Assembly (NCBI GenBank): GCA_002189035.1
Contig: NEEC01000004.1
Span: 2,480,001 to 2,544,000, forward strand
Length of the DNA stretch: 64,000 nt
Origin: Utricularia gibba
Taxonomy: Eukaryota; Plantae; Magnoliophyta
Direction: 5' to 3'
Under the pieces are notes generated by a model. It did no database searches. It was not told the origin of the DNA and saw nothing but the letters and a program-made list of their open reading frames with translations. Both the position numbers and the translations under genes were made by a program. Below, piece by piece: positions 24,110 to 36,031 of the stretch (the stretch's first letter is position 1; each line of letters starts with the position of its first letter).

Positions 24110-24229
24110 GGGGATGGGATGGGATGGGATAGGCTTATCATGATCAGCTTTGTGAATGGATGGGGCCTCGGCTGCTCTGCTCTGCTCTCTCTGCTCTGCC
24201 TGGTGAATGGGAATGGGAATGGGAATGGG
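24110..24229 (+). repeat. Two G3-tract microsatellites, (GGGAT)4 and (GGGAAT)4, each a canonical G-quadruplex motif
   Basis: GGG runs at 24111, 24116, 24121, 24126 and at 24209, 24215, 24221, 24227. Confidence 0.85.
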
Positions 24230-25077
24230 AATTGAGAGTTTTGCATCTGAAGGCAGGCACAATTCCCACGTCACATGTCTACCCATGAAATGCATTTATG
24301 AGTGTGGTCCTTCACCAGTCCAGTACTTTTTTTCCTTTTTTCTAAGAAATTCACATGTGTCTCCAACAACATGCACTACTCCCCATGGCAGCTACTGATA
24401 AAGGGAAAACAAGAAGAAACTGAGGAAGAAACCCACCCGGATGGTTTGTGTGTTGGCTGGTCACTTGAGAAGTTTTTCTCTCCTGTAAGAATCCAACATT
24501 CACTTCCCTTCTAGTTACATTTCCATTGACTTCTTTCGGTCGTAAGGAGGAAGATATGGCTGAGACTCAGCATCATGCGTTCAGTCCAGCATGCTTGGTG
24601 CTGCTCAGGGGACATCCCAAATGATGAGGATGGCGGACAAGGATCAGAAAGACTAGTTCTTGAGAAATAAAAAGTTTCATGTTAAAAATATATCATATAT
24701 ATACAGGTTAAGTATGATTATTGAAAATGATCATTTTTTTACACATAAAATTAAGGATGCCCATTTACCAACATCACCCAAAATAAGAAAAAAGGATGAT
24801 AATAATGATATTCCAATCCAAGAGTTCGATGAAGTTAAAAACCAAATCACCAATTAAAACTTATTTTCAATGGCATGTTTGCCATTGATTCTCTCCATAA
24901 ACAAAACACACGAAATTTTTTTTTATTCAACATTAATTTGAAATAATGGACATCGCTGTTTGAGTTTACTCATCAAAATAATTAACTATTGGACTTGTTT
25001 TTAGAAGATCAATTTATCCCGACATTTGGCTTCGTAGTAGTCACTGCTTTTCATGAGGGGGGGCATGGCAGGGGAGG

Positions 25078-26938
25078 GTGGCTGCAACTCTCACCAATCT
25101 CATGTTAATCCATTTGGAATTCTGTGGAGTATGGTGGATATGTGATGGAGGAGGAATCCATTCCATTCGGCCGCCCATTCGAGTTTTCTGTGTATTTGCG
25201 GAGGGTGTAACCAATGGTGACTCTACGGAGACAAGTCCGGCCGATCGTCAATCGCCAATCGCGGCGGCGGTTGCTGTCGCGATCGCTTTCGGCTGCATGT
25301 GTGCAATCTTGTTGGGGTTTGGTCCTTCATCCGTGGATCGCCAGACACCACCGTTGGTTACAATTCTAATGTTGGGGGTGCTCGATTTTATATTATATTT
25401 TATAACATATCTTCTTCATTAAATCCTTACTATGTTACGGATGAGCTTTCCGAATACTGCTGCTGCGTTGTGTGATGTGGGAGTATTGTTGGCCTTCTTT
25501 CTCACAGGGCAGGAGATGTTCATTGAGATTTCGCGTGTGGCCATTTGAATCTTAATTGTGTATGCTTTTTTAGCCTGAAAACTGCTTCGTTGGCTACTAT
25601 TATAATGTTGTGTTCTGCTTCCTGTGCTGGGACTTCATTCCTGATTTATGATGTTCGGTTGAGTTTTTATAATGCTGGGTCACCGCCATGCGAATCAATC
25701 GAACGAGCAAACCAGCTCAAGTCAGATGTGAATTCTGAATTGAAAAGGCAAGTTAGGGGGCTTAATGGGATTGTCTGAGAAGGCGAAAAAGGTATAGTGA
25801 CGCCGCATCCCCTGTCAAGTGAGCAAACAAAGGCCGGATCTTTTGGCAGTGGTAGGGGACAGGACAAACCCAACTGTCGTTCCTGATGAAAGCATAAATC
25901 CCAGACTCGCAAGGAGCCTATTGTTGCCCTGGCTAATTCAAACTATCTTGTCGTGGCATTAGATGATGATACTGCAGATTTCTGTAAATCGAATGATGTC
26001 ACGCCTACCAAAGAGATCCAGATGAAAGCACAAATCACGCCGACTCAGCTCTCAAGTGGACTTCGTCTTTCTAAGTTGTGACTGAATCCACCTATTCTTG
26101 CTACAGTTGAATACAATAGCTCCGGTTGTGAACTGAATGGAGCTGAAGCTCAACAACTCAAGATATGTGGGCACCGGAAATTCTCCTGCTTGGATGGGCA
26201 GGCGAGCTGCAGCTCTCACTTTTCCCTTTCTGCCCTTTTTCCAGGTTTTGCCACATCCTATAAACCAACCAGTTTGGCTGGTCTCATTCATCTCCATATC
26301 CAATTTTCATTTGTCATCAAGCCTAAGTCTGGTCAAGCACATCCTGAAAAAATGTGTAAAAATTAAGTACAAGAAAAGGGCAGGTATTGAAGTATACATA
26401 TCTAGACTGTACTCACGGTGGAGGGTTCCGTGACTGGAGGGAGATGGTTGCCTGGTAAGGCATCAATTGGCAGCATTCTATGAAAAATGTATTGCCATTT
26501 CAAGTACGAATAGCGAGTGTCAGCAAAGATCAGAACAAACTCCAGCCGCAGAGGAGAAAGAATCCTGAATATGAATGTGTTGGAAACAATTTCATTAAAC
26601 CAATGACGAGCCATATGTTTGGCAAAAGTTTTAGTAAAAACACAATTAGGCAGGTACCTGATAACATCACCATGCGAAAATCTGGGTGTGCATCCACGCC
26701 AAAAAGTTTACACCATGGCCCCGAAAGGACGGATGTCTCGTTGTTATTGCCTCCTTTGACTAAATTTAACCTGCAAAGAAAGTATCAAGAGGGGCCACGC
26801 GAATCAGGCTCAGCTTTAGGACGTGCGGAGCTACAGAATCAATTAACAGACCAAATACGGTTTGTCCAAGGGGTTATTATATTGGAAAGGAATTTAATCA
26901 ATTGCAAAAGTACATTACCTCTGCATGCACGTAACTGA
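25078..26938 (+). pseudogene. Unidentified coding-like remnant(s): multi-pass hydrophobic frame plus putative exons and a 152-codon ORF
   Basis: One frame at ~25078-25570 gives several hydrophobic stretches broken by TAA/TGA. There are AG-bounded exon-like blocks at ~26108 and ~26242 and the ORF 26480-26938. No family was recognised. Confidence 0.35.
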
Positions 26939-27197
26939 CAGTAACCTCATTCAGTGGCTTATTTAGCTGTCCTGGACGTCATAATATTCCGAGCCACATT
27001 AAGAAACGGATATTTAATTCAAGATGAACACCTTTCTTGGCATCCTATTGCAAGCCAAAAATCTCAACATAAGATAGCAAGATAAGAAATGATGGAGCAT
27101 GGAACATGACCACTTTAATGCTATCTAGAAAGGTACACGCACACACACACAAAAAAAACAGACCAAGCAGCATTACCTTCTCCAGGTTCATTGCACT

Positions 27198-29747
27198 TCA
27201 CAGAGTCATTTCCCACAAATGGGATGTGTCACCTAAACGCTTTGCTGCATTTCTCTCGACTGAAAAACTAGCAAGAAATGCGGGATAGGTGGACACTGGA
27301 GGGTCAATGCCTTCTTTAATCATCCTCCCAATGAATTTGAGGGCTTCAGCAGTTTTTCGATTCTTGCAGCATCCATGAATCAAAGTATTATAGGTTATAA
27401 CATTTGGATAAAAACCTTTAGACCGAAGTTTGTGAAACAGATGCAGTGCACGGTCAAGGTTTCCAGATTTACATAAGCCATTTATAAGAGTATTGTATGT
27501 AACTATATTAGGAGAAAGACACTTCTTCAGCATTTCATCCCTCAACAGAAAGGCTTCATCAACAGCACCAGAAATGCAAGCACTATGTATCACAGAAGAA
27601 TAAGTGAATTCATCTGGAACAAATCCTGTTTGAGATAAATCCACCATAATCTTCAGTGCATCACTAGTCCTCCCACATCTGCACAAACTTGCTATAACTA
27701 CATTATATAGCATGTCATTGGGAATGAAAGGCGTTAAAGTACACTCATCAAGCGAAGCCAAGATTTCACAAACTCCTGGCTGAACAGTTTGGAAACTAAA
27801 AACGGAAGAAAATTTTTGAAGGTGTGGCATAACATCTAAGCCTATCATTTTCTGCAGTAAGAAATTCACGTCATTGTTCAGGCTGAGCCTGCTTAGTCCA
27901 CTGATTATCGAACTGCATACGTATACATTTGGGGCAATCCCATTTGCTCTCATCTCAGAATAAGTGCCCAGAGCTTTTTTCACCTTTCCTTCTTTAAACC
28001 AACCAGATATAAGAGTTCCATACGTGACAATATTAGGGCTTAGCCCCATTTCTGTCATCTCATTGAGTAGATGTGAGATTCTATCACAATGTCCCGCCCT
28101 GAACAATCCATTAATAAGTGAATTATAAATTTCGATGGAAGAAGGAACTCCTTCTTCATCCATGACTCTTTTAATTTCGAAAGCCCTTTCAACATCTCCA
28201 GTTCTAGCATAACCATCAATCATTGTTTTACTAGTCACCTTATCCGGTGAACAACCCAGTTGCTTCATCCTAAAAAGAATTCTCTCTGCTTGAATCATAT
28301 CCTCCATCTTGCACGCTCCATCCAGCATTGTGTTCAGTAAAACTGTACTTTTTGCAAATCCTTTCACAAGAGCTTGGTTATAAAACATAAATGCACTGTC
28401 ATGATCCCCAATTCTAAAAAAGCCCCGGATAAGAGTAGTGAACCCAATTTCATCAGGGACAAAACCTCTGTCAAGCATCAATCGCCAAAGATCAACAGCA
28501 TCGTCCATATTACCGGAGTCACATAGTCCTTTTAAAAGCGTGTTGTAAGTTATCCTTGAGGGGTAAATACCATCATCTGCCATTCGATGAAAAACCTTGA
28601 GTGCATTTTCTATTAATCCATTTTTAGCGTAGCCATCCAGTAGTGTATTGTAACTATATGCATCTGGATTAATGCTATGATCAACCATTCTAGCCACAAC
28701 TTGCTCAGCTTCATGCACTTCACCAAGTTTGCAATACCCATTAATCAAAGAATTGAAAATGAACAAGTTCATTCCAATTCCTGCATCCACCATGTCATCC
28801 TTAATCCTCAAAGCGTCATCCATTCTCCCTGCACGACAGAATCCATCAACCAATGCTCCATAAACTTTGCTATCCAATAAAACTGTGTTCTCTTTCAGCT
28901 GTATAAATAACCTATATGCTCGATCCATTTCCCCTATTCTGCAGTAACCCTTAATTAACAGCGTCCATGTGATGACATTTTTTGAAATTCCACGAGTAGA
29001 CATCAACTTTAAGACATCATCAACTCTTTTCATATCCCCATTCTCAACATAACCATTAATCAAACTGTTGTAGACTACAACATTAATGTCCAATCCCTTT
29101 TTTTCCAGATCATCCACAAACTCTTCTGCCTTTCCCACTTTGCCATCTTTGCAGTACGCATCAACCACAATCGCACATGTATAAACATCTGGTAGAATTC
29201 CAATCCCAGACATTTGATGATAAACAAAATAAACTGTATGAAAATCCTTGAGCCTCACTAATCGACTCAACAAGGCATTACAACACCGCATGTCCGGCAA
29301 GCGGCCGCGCTTAGGCATATTATCAAACACGTAAAGAGCATTCCTCAACAACCCCTTCTCAACATACGCTTTAAGAATCATGTCAAAAACCACTCCCGTG
29401 GATCGGAATACTCTGTACACCGATACCAACTCACTGTAGACAGCAGAAACTGGAAGGTTAATCGTTTCAGACAGCTCGACTAACCGACCAACGTAAGATC
29501 GCGCTTCATCGTACATTCGCGCATTTGATAAAATGTTGATAAGCTTGACGAGAGATTTAAAATCAGGCCTGAAATAACTGTCCCTGGAGGCTAGACTGAT
29601 GAAATGAAGAGCAGGAAGAGGGTGAAGCTTCAGACTATCAAGGACGTCATTCACTAGGTGATCAGAAAAGGCAAAACCAAGGGCCTCTAGGGCAGAGTAG
29701 CGGCGAAGGATCAACAGACGGCAGATTTTCGCGGGAAGATTCGCCAT
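27198..29747 (-). CDS. Intronless P-class pentatricopeptide repeat protein (At1g19290-like), ~849 aa
   Basis: Long ORF of tandem 35-aa PPR motifs (e.g. VVVYNSLINGYVENG, IVTYNTLINGLCKSG). The N-terminal RLLILRRY...FSDHLVNDVL resembles At1g19290 as recalled. The first ATG is at 29747. Confidence 0.93.
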   Translation of the reverse strand: MANLPAKICRLLILRRYSALEALGFAFSDHLVNDVLDSLKLHPLPALHFISLASRDSYFRPDFKSLVKLINILSNARMYDEARSYVGRLVELSETINLPVSAVYSELVSVYRVFRSTGVVFDMILKAYVEKGLLRNALYVFDNMPKRGRLPDMRCCNALLSRLVRLKDFHTVYFVYHQMSGIGILPDVYTCAIVVDAYCKDGKVGKAEEFVDDLEKKGLDINVVVYNSLINGYVENGDMKRVDDVLKLMSTRGISKNVITWTLLIKGYCRIGEMDRAYRLFIQLKENTVLLDSKVYGALVDGFCRAGRMDDALRIKDDMVDAGIGMNLFIFNSLINGYCKLGEVHEAEQVVARMVDHSINPDAYSYNTLLDGYAKNGLIENALKVFHRMADDGIYPSRITYNTLLKGLCDSGNMDDAVDLWRLMLDRGFVPDEIGFTTLIRGFFRIGDHDSAFMFYNQALVKGFAKSTVLLNTMLDGACKMEDMIQAERILFRMKQLGCSPDKVTSKTMIDGYARTGDVERAFEIKRVMDEEGVPSSIEIYNSLINGLFRAGHCDRISHLLNEMTEMGLSPNIVTYGTLISGWFKEGKVKKALGTYSEMRANGIAPNVYVCSSIISGLSRLSLNNDVNFLLQKMIGLDVMPHLQKFSSVFSFQTVQPGVCEILASLDECTLTPFIPNDMLYNVVIASLCRCGRTSDALKIMVDLSQTGFVPDEFTYSSVIHSACISGAVDEAFLLRDEMLKKCLSPNIVTYNTLINGLCKSGNLDRALHLFHKLRSKGFYPNVITYNTLIHGCCKNRKTAEALKFIGRMIKEGIDPPVSTYPAFLASFSVERNAAKRLGDTSHLWEMTL

Positions 29748-30299
29748 TTCGCCCACGCCGCCGCTTCGGCCGACGGCAGCATTCCATGTAAAATTGAATT
29801 CTTCTAATTTATCTTTCTACAATCCTCACATTAACCCCAATAATAATTATTCGTTATGATGAAACAGCCCCAAAAATGTTGAATATTTACGATGCCAGCC
29901 CTCATGTCCTTGATAGCTGTAGGCTGTAGCGTGAAATCGGGTCGGGTCGATGGAATCAATGTGACTGACATTCGGTTAATGGGTGAATTGGGTCAAATTC
30001 ATTCTCTAAAACTAGGGAATGTTGCCCAAACATTGCTCAAGTACTTGAATACTAGGTTTATATCAGCTATCTGCACACACTACCCCAAAATCTTTGTAGT
30101 ATCCACTCCTACAATCAAGCACAAAATGTTTACTAATGAACAACAATGAGTTAAAATTATTAAACTAAACATGCATGCCTAGCAAAATAATATGTATAAT
30201 AGAAGTCGAACCATTGGTATAAGATTATGCCTATAACTTCTGTCAAATAAATAAAACAAAGTATTTTTATAGAAAGAATTCAAGAGAGTGGTATGTATC

Positions 30300-31500
30300 T
30301 AAGTCTTAAAAGGCATACGGTGATCTAAAAATAAGAGAAGCATAATTGTAGAAATATCAAAAGGTATGACCTAAAATATATTGCATGAAGAGAAGCAATC
30401 AAAAATGATTATCAAGATGGTTCCATTATGCATCCATTTCTCAAGGGATTGCTTGTCTCTTACATCACTCAGATAATTGCACACGCGTCATCACATCCAT
30501 TAGGAGCAACTTCTTCCCCCATTGCATAGTTCCAGGGATGTGTGAATTGGAAATCTCGCTTGACTCGTAACCCTCCCAAGTTTGAGTCTGGAAGAGAACC
30601 TGATATGCTTGATCACGCTTCATGTGCATTCTACTCCACTCATCCACCTCTTGTCATCATGCCTTAAACTCTCAATCTTGTTCTTCCAACTCCTAACTTA
30701 GTCATTCTATCTCTTCTTTCAAAGGATTGACCTCTAGTGGGATATCACAAGATGATTCAACGTCATCATCCGATACCTCTCATCACCTGGATTGATATCA
30801 TAATTGGGGTGGAGCCTAATGATAATGTCAAGGGTCAGGACTATACGATGAAGGAGCATCCCTCATAAGTCATTAGGTACCTAAGATTTGAATCATGAAA
30901 GTGTCATATAACATTGATAAACAATTTTAAATAAGACATAACATTACATACCCTCATCCTTGGTGTTCATGATAGATATCATGGATACAATAGAAAGTTT
31001 TGGGTCTTTCTATCATACAGCTTCACACACCTACAATAGAATACGTGAAATAAATCAAAAAATACATGGATATTAGAATATACAATGTATTGTGACAAAC
31101 ACATTACATGTCATCCTTCCTGTGACGCTTGGCTCCAAGTGGACGCAATATACATCTTCAGGAGGTGGATGCACCCAAACAAAAGTACATCGCCATATTT
31201 GAAATGATTGGAGAAATCCAAACTGGTTACTTGAATCCTTAAGCAGCCGTATTGAGAAATGAGTATTTTTTAAAGCACTGATTTCTATGATCGAACGGAA
31301 GGCTTGTAGTTCACATGGCAAGTACTCCTCCTCACACATCATCATGAATGCCCTCATCGTGCCAAGTGACTAAGGAGTGACATGATCAAGGGACACTTGC
31401 ATAGCTTGCAATATTGTCCAATTGAATGAGTGAATGGGGAGGCAAAGGCCGCATTTCAAATGACTCAAATCCACCGAAAACCTACCGGTGTCAACTCTAG
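30300..31500 (-). mobile_element. Highly degenerate coding-like TE remnant, possibly plant-mobile-domain/MULE related
   Basis: GC-richer block with fragmentary translations (NQFGFLQSFQIWRCTFVW, LAR*). Weak motif-level similarity only. Confidence 0.3.
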
Positions 31501-32154
31501 GTGACTACACATAAAAAATCATATCTATATTGTGTTGAAAAACAACCATATATCAATTAATTATATAAAAAATCATTAAGTTAAGTAAACAATCATTTTT
31601 TTTTCAAACAACAAATCCTATCTTTAAAGACAAAATTATTTCATTAATTAAAATATCATAATTGTAAGAAAATTAATTAATCACATAAAAAATCACTTCT
31701 CCAACCATAATCAAATGTCATTTCAAATCCACCCTGAACCTTAAGGCTCTCAATTAACAACCTATAATCTATCTAAAGCTTCTACCCATTAACCTAAAGT
31801 GCTAAAAGCATAGAAATTAGAAATAATTACAAACTAAAACCCCCTTAACCTTGATGAAATTGCTATGAATGAAAGCAGTGGCATGCGATAGTGGTAGTAC
31901 CGATAGCGATGGTGGCAAGAGCGACAACAAATAGAGGCCAACCAAAAAAGAGGATGATGGCATTAAGATGGTTTCGCAGAGAAAAATTGTGGAATCTAAT
32001 TTGCGTGTGCATGGGAATGCGACTCATGCTCATAATAGAAATAGCTCATATAATAATTATTCATCCATATAGTTGTGACTTGATTTTTCAATCATATGGG
32101 CATGGATCACTGCATAACCTATGTATGTATAAGGTATTTTTACCTCAAACTAGG

Positions 32155-32420
32155 TATATGAGCATGAGTTATATCATAAATCATACTCATATAATAAATC
32201 TTCAACTCTACGAGCATAGATTACGTTATAACCCACATCTGTATAACAAATCTTCAACTATATGAGCATGGCTTATGGTATAATCCATACCCATATATGG
32301 TATTGCCCCTTGAGCATAGTATATAAGCATAGATTATAATATAACTACATTCTTATAACAAATTTTCAACTATTTGGATATGGCTTATGTCATAACCCCA
32401 CTCATATAATAATTTTTTTA
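32155..32420. repeat. Degenerate ~52-bp minisatellite, about 5 units
   Basis: Units start at 32155, 32207 and 32259, sharing TATATGAGCAT...ATAACAAATCTTCAAC. Confidence 0.75.
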
Positions 32421-33059
32421 TCCATATGGGTATTACTTATACTATATGCTCGTATACTATTTTCAATATGTAAATTTTTCAAAATTTGAAAATAATGGTC
32501 ATAATTTATGTTCAAATATATTATATTAAAAATATATTTATTTATATTATAAATATATGATTTTTATAATTTAAATCAATTATTATGAGTTATAAATTTA
32601 AAAAAATTATTTATATATATAAAATTATCAATATAGTTATTTATATTATATTTTATTATAACTTTCCTAAACATAAGTTATAAAGACTTTTCAAATGTTT
32701 TGTAAACATAAACTTTAACAAACACATGTATCAAACACACTTAATTCATAACACAAATGTGTTTGAATAGTTATGCAGGTGTTTCAAACACAATCTTGAT
32801 TACATGTAGTCCAATGATCAACTTATTGCATCATCCCAGCGAGCTTTGATTATGGCATTCTTCTCACATACCTTAGGTCAACATCCTACATATCCTCCAC
32901 GTTCCTTTCAACATTTGGGGTTGCTAAGGGCAGATGAGAAGTAAAATACCATGGGAACAAGGTCAAATGTCAAATTCCAAATTTAGAGAGTATAAGCTTG
33001 AAAAGAACGCCAAATGAACTAAGTTTGCGCAAACCCTGTCTTCACTCAACTGCGTCAGG

Positions 33060-33697
33060 GCCTTCACAACAAAATTATGCTTTCACCAGAGTGGTGCAGC
33101 AGGCTGGAATGCTTCCGGATGAAAATGCCTTTTTGGGAGCTTTGAAAGCATGCCAACTTCTGGAAAGGTGAAGGAAGGAAAAGCATATTTCAAATCAATG
33201 AGCGTTCTGTCGGAGAAACAATGTGCATGTTATGCTAATCTTACCAACAGCTCCAGGGCAGAGACTCATAACACGAGGATTCTGTTGAAGATGCCTGCCG
33301 AATGAATGAACACTGAAATGTGAAAATTATGCAAAGCATTTAGGAAAGATAACAAAAACAAGGAAGGAAATCGAAACCTCATGCCAGGAGCAGGAAGATG
33401 GTGTATGAGAAGATGGCCCTTGAACAAGAAAGGCCCCAAAAGCTGGCTAAGTTCCTGAGACGAGATGTGTTCCCCATGATCTTGATGAGGAAGAGAATGA
33501 GAAAACTCTGCTTTACCACAGCAAAAGAGTAGTAATGGCTTATCAGCACTGCTCCAGGCACACTACTTAGCGTCATAGAGAACTTCTTGAGAATTTGTGG
33601 GATCCTTTCAGGGTTGGAGGAAAGTGTGTCTATTATCAGAGACAACAAGACGTGCCACCATTTCAAGAATGGAAACGCTCTTAAGAGATTTTGGTAG
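33060..33697 (+). pseudogene. PPR-DYW (DYW2/MEF8-like short-PPR subfamily) pseudogene
   Basis: Fragments GMLPDENAFLGALKAC, GKVKEGKAYFKSM, KAG*VPETRCVPHDLDEEENEKTLLYHSK, LRICG and RDNKTCHHFKNG...FW*, with frameshifts and stops. Confidence 0.85.
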
Positions 33698-33879
33698 AAA
33701 GAGGCCTTCTCATTCAGTCATTGTGTCACCCACTTTTTCACTGGTCTGCAGTCATCAATATTTTAACCAGCCACGACAGAAAACTCTACTAGATGGAAAA
33801 GACCTCCTCGTGTCTTTCTCAAGAAAAAAATATATCTAAAACTAGGAAATGCCTTCTTACTGGAGTTTGAGCCATGCAA

Positions 33880-35435
33880 TCACGTTCTTGGTTTATCATC
33901 ATAACTAAGCGGTGATACCAGTGACCAAGCATGTCTGTCATGATTCCGTTGTTTACATAACTTTGATGAATCCAGTAGCTGCAGTTGTTCCCTGATCCAT
34001 GGAGGATCAGATTCAGAAAGCCATAGCGCCTCACCAGTATCCTTGTGCTTAAAGTCTGGCATTCCAGGGTTCATTTTATTTTTTCGGTTATCCCACCATT
34101 CAGTGGGGCTGGCAAAGAATACTTGCCACAGGTGCACCCGTTGTAACCTCTTTCTCATGCTTTCTTCATAGGAAGCTGGAGATTTAGAAAGATCAAATAG
34201 TGTAGAAAAAACCCCTCGTAAAGCTTTTCTGCAATACTTGCTAAGAGAGTATCGTCTAGGATCAACTGTAACGCTGAAATCCAGAAATTAGTAGTATTGT
34301 AAATGGCAGAAAATACCTTTTGGATTTGAAAATACAGGCTTTTGAGAAGTTGGCGACTGAAGCTGTTGCACATAATTTACCTCCTCAACGTGTACCTATA
34401 TGCAAGGACTTAATCATGCATCAATTTTCCAATCAAATTACTGTAGATCCATATGCATACTAGTAAATGAAGAATACGCTCATTCTTCATAGAGCCAAGG
34501 TATTCTTGCAGCACTTCATCATTTCAACTCTAATAGTATATGATAAATGAGCATCGCTATGGTTGCATCAATTTCATGAGTAATGAATGCAATGGTTGTT
34601 AATCATGAGACTGATTAGATGATTTCTGAACTGACTGTCAGAAAACTTGGGAACCAGTTAGAAGTATTATGAACGATCAATACATGGACGAGAAAACCAT
34701 CTAAAACAAACAGTACGAATATTTGGATTGATCAGAACTATCCTGAAACTTTCTATACACAAAGTTTTTACGTAAACATTCCTGTGCTTGACAGACGATT
34801 CTAAGATTCATTACCAACAGGAAAAAAGATGACAAGTAACTTTTCAACGAAGCATCGAATAACAAGACAAAAAGAATTTCAAACCTCAAAATTCTGTATC
34901 AATTTCCCAGTAGCAGCTCGATTCATGTAGGAATGCAGAGAGCCCGAAACGTAGACATTATCCAGTGGCTTCAAATGCTGAAGCGCCGTTGTTGCAATTT
35001 CGTTCCGAAATTTGAGCAATAGCCTTTTGATGAAGCCAAGAAATTGTAAATAATTTCAGGCATGAAAACGGTAAAAAGAGCAAAAAAACAAGACCTTATC
35101 CCTAACCTTAAAGCCGAGCCTCCACGGCGGTGGGGCTTGATATGAAGAACCGTGTAGACCCATACTTGGCTGCCTTTGCATGTTGATAGCGGGTAAACTA
35201 TAGTCCCTATGAAGCTCACGAAGTTGGTTAAAGCTTTCCGATAACTGATAGTGGTTGGACGCTGATGTTTAAGCGCGCGTCGGTACACATCTTCCTCTTC
35301 CGATCCATCTGGAGGCAGCGTCCATCTTCGCCGCATCAGCTCCGCGGATGATGAGAAAAAGCGACAAGCACTCGAGGCGGCGCTGGCGTCGTGCTCCAAT
35401 CGGGGCACCAAGTAACGGGCTGCTCTCATCAACAT
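33880..35435 (-). CDS. OSB1: Organellar single-stranded DNA-binding protein (OSB1-like); 4 exons 35435-35107, 35023-34885, 34395-34317, 34175-33880; 280 aa
   Basis: GT-AG introns join in frame (843 nt). SSB-like domain (RRALKHQRP; QHLKPLDNVYVSGSL) and one PDF motif (LWQVFFASPTEWWDNRKNKMNPGMPDFKHKDTGEALWL). Confidence 0.9.
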
Positions 35436-35699
35436 CTCAATCAGTGCGACTTCGCCAAGCTGCGCCGTGGGCGCTCGGGACTCCAAAAAATAACAAAACA
35501 TAATTTTAAAAGTCATGAAGACGAAACATCAACTATTTAAAATATAATTATATTTTTTAAAATATTTTTATTATAGTTGAAAAAAATATAACTTATATTA
35601 AATTAAAAAATCAATGGAAAGAATTTTCTATTAAATTTAAATAATTTTAACTTTTAATTCATAAAAGTATAAATTAAATCAGAAAACGGTTCGTTGTAT

Positions 35700-36031
35700 C
35701 ACGTGTCAAGTTGGTCTTCTCCTTGGGCCAAATTTCGGGCTGGGCTTGGTATTGGAGCCCAAAACATGAAAACAGTATTTCCAAACACTGCGCGATTGAG
35801 TCACGTGGTTCATGTGCCGTCCATCCTCCCTCGTGGTCTGTCTATGCATCCACTTACGTAGGGCTATCAAACAAGAGGTGTCTCACGTGTCAGGATTGAC
35901 TTCCTCCCAGCAGGCTTGACCATAAATATTCTGCTCCACCAGAAGACCCCACAACGCGGCTTCCAAATCAACATTTCTTTTACGTGCCTGCACGATTTTT
36001 TCCCATCTTCAACACCGTACGGCGACACGTG
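35700..36031. promoter_or_regulatory. Cluster of four G-boxes (three ABRE-type) plus site II motifs in the divergent OSB1/patatin promoter
   Basis: CACGTG at 35700, 35802, 35884 and 36026; TGGGCC/TGGGCT at ~35725-35745; TATAAAA at ~36506. Confidence 0.65.
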
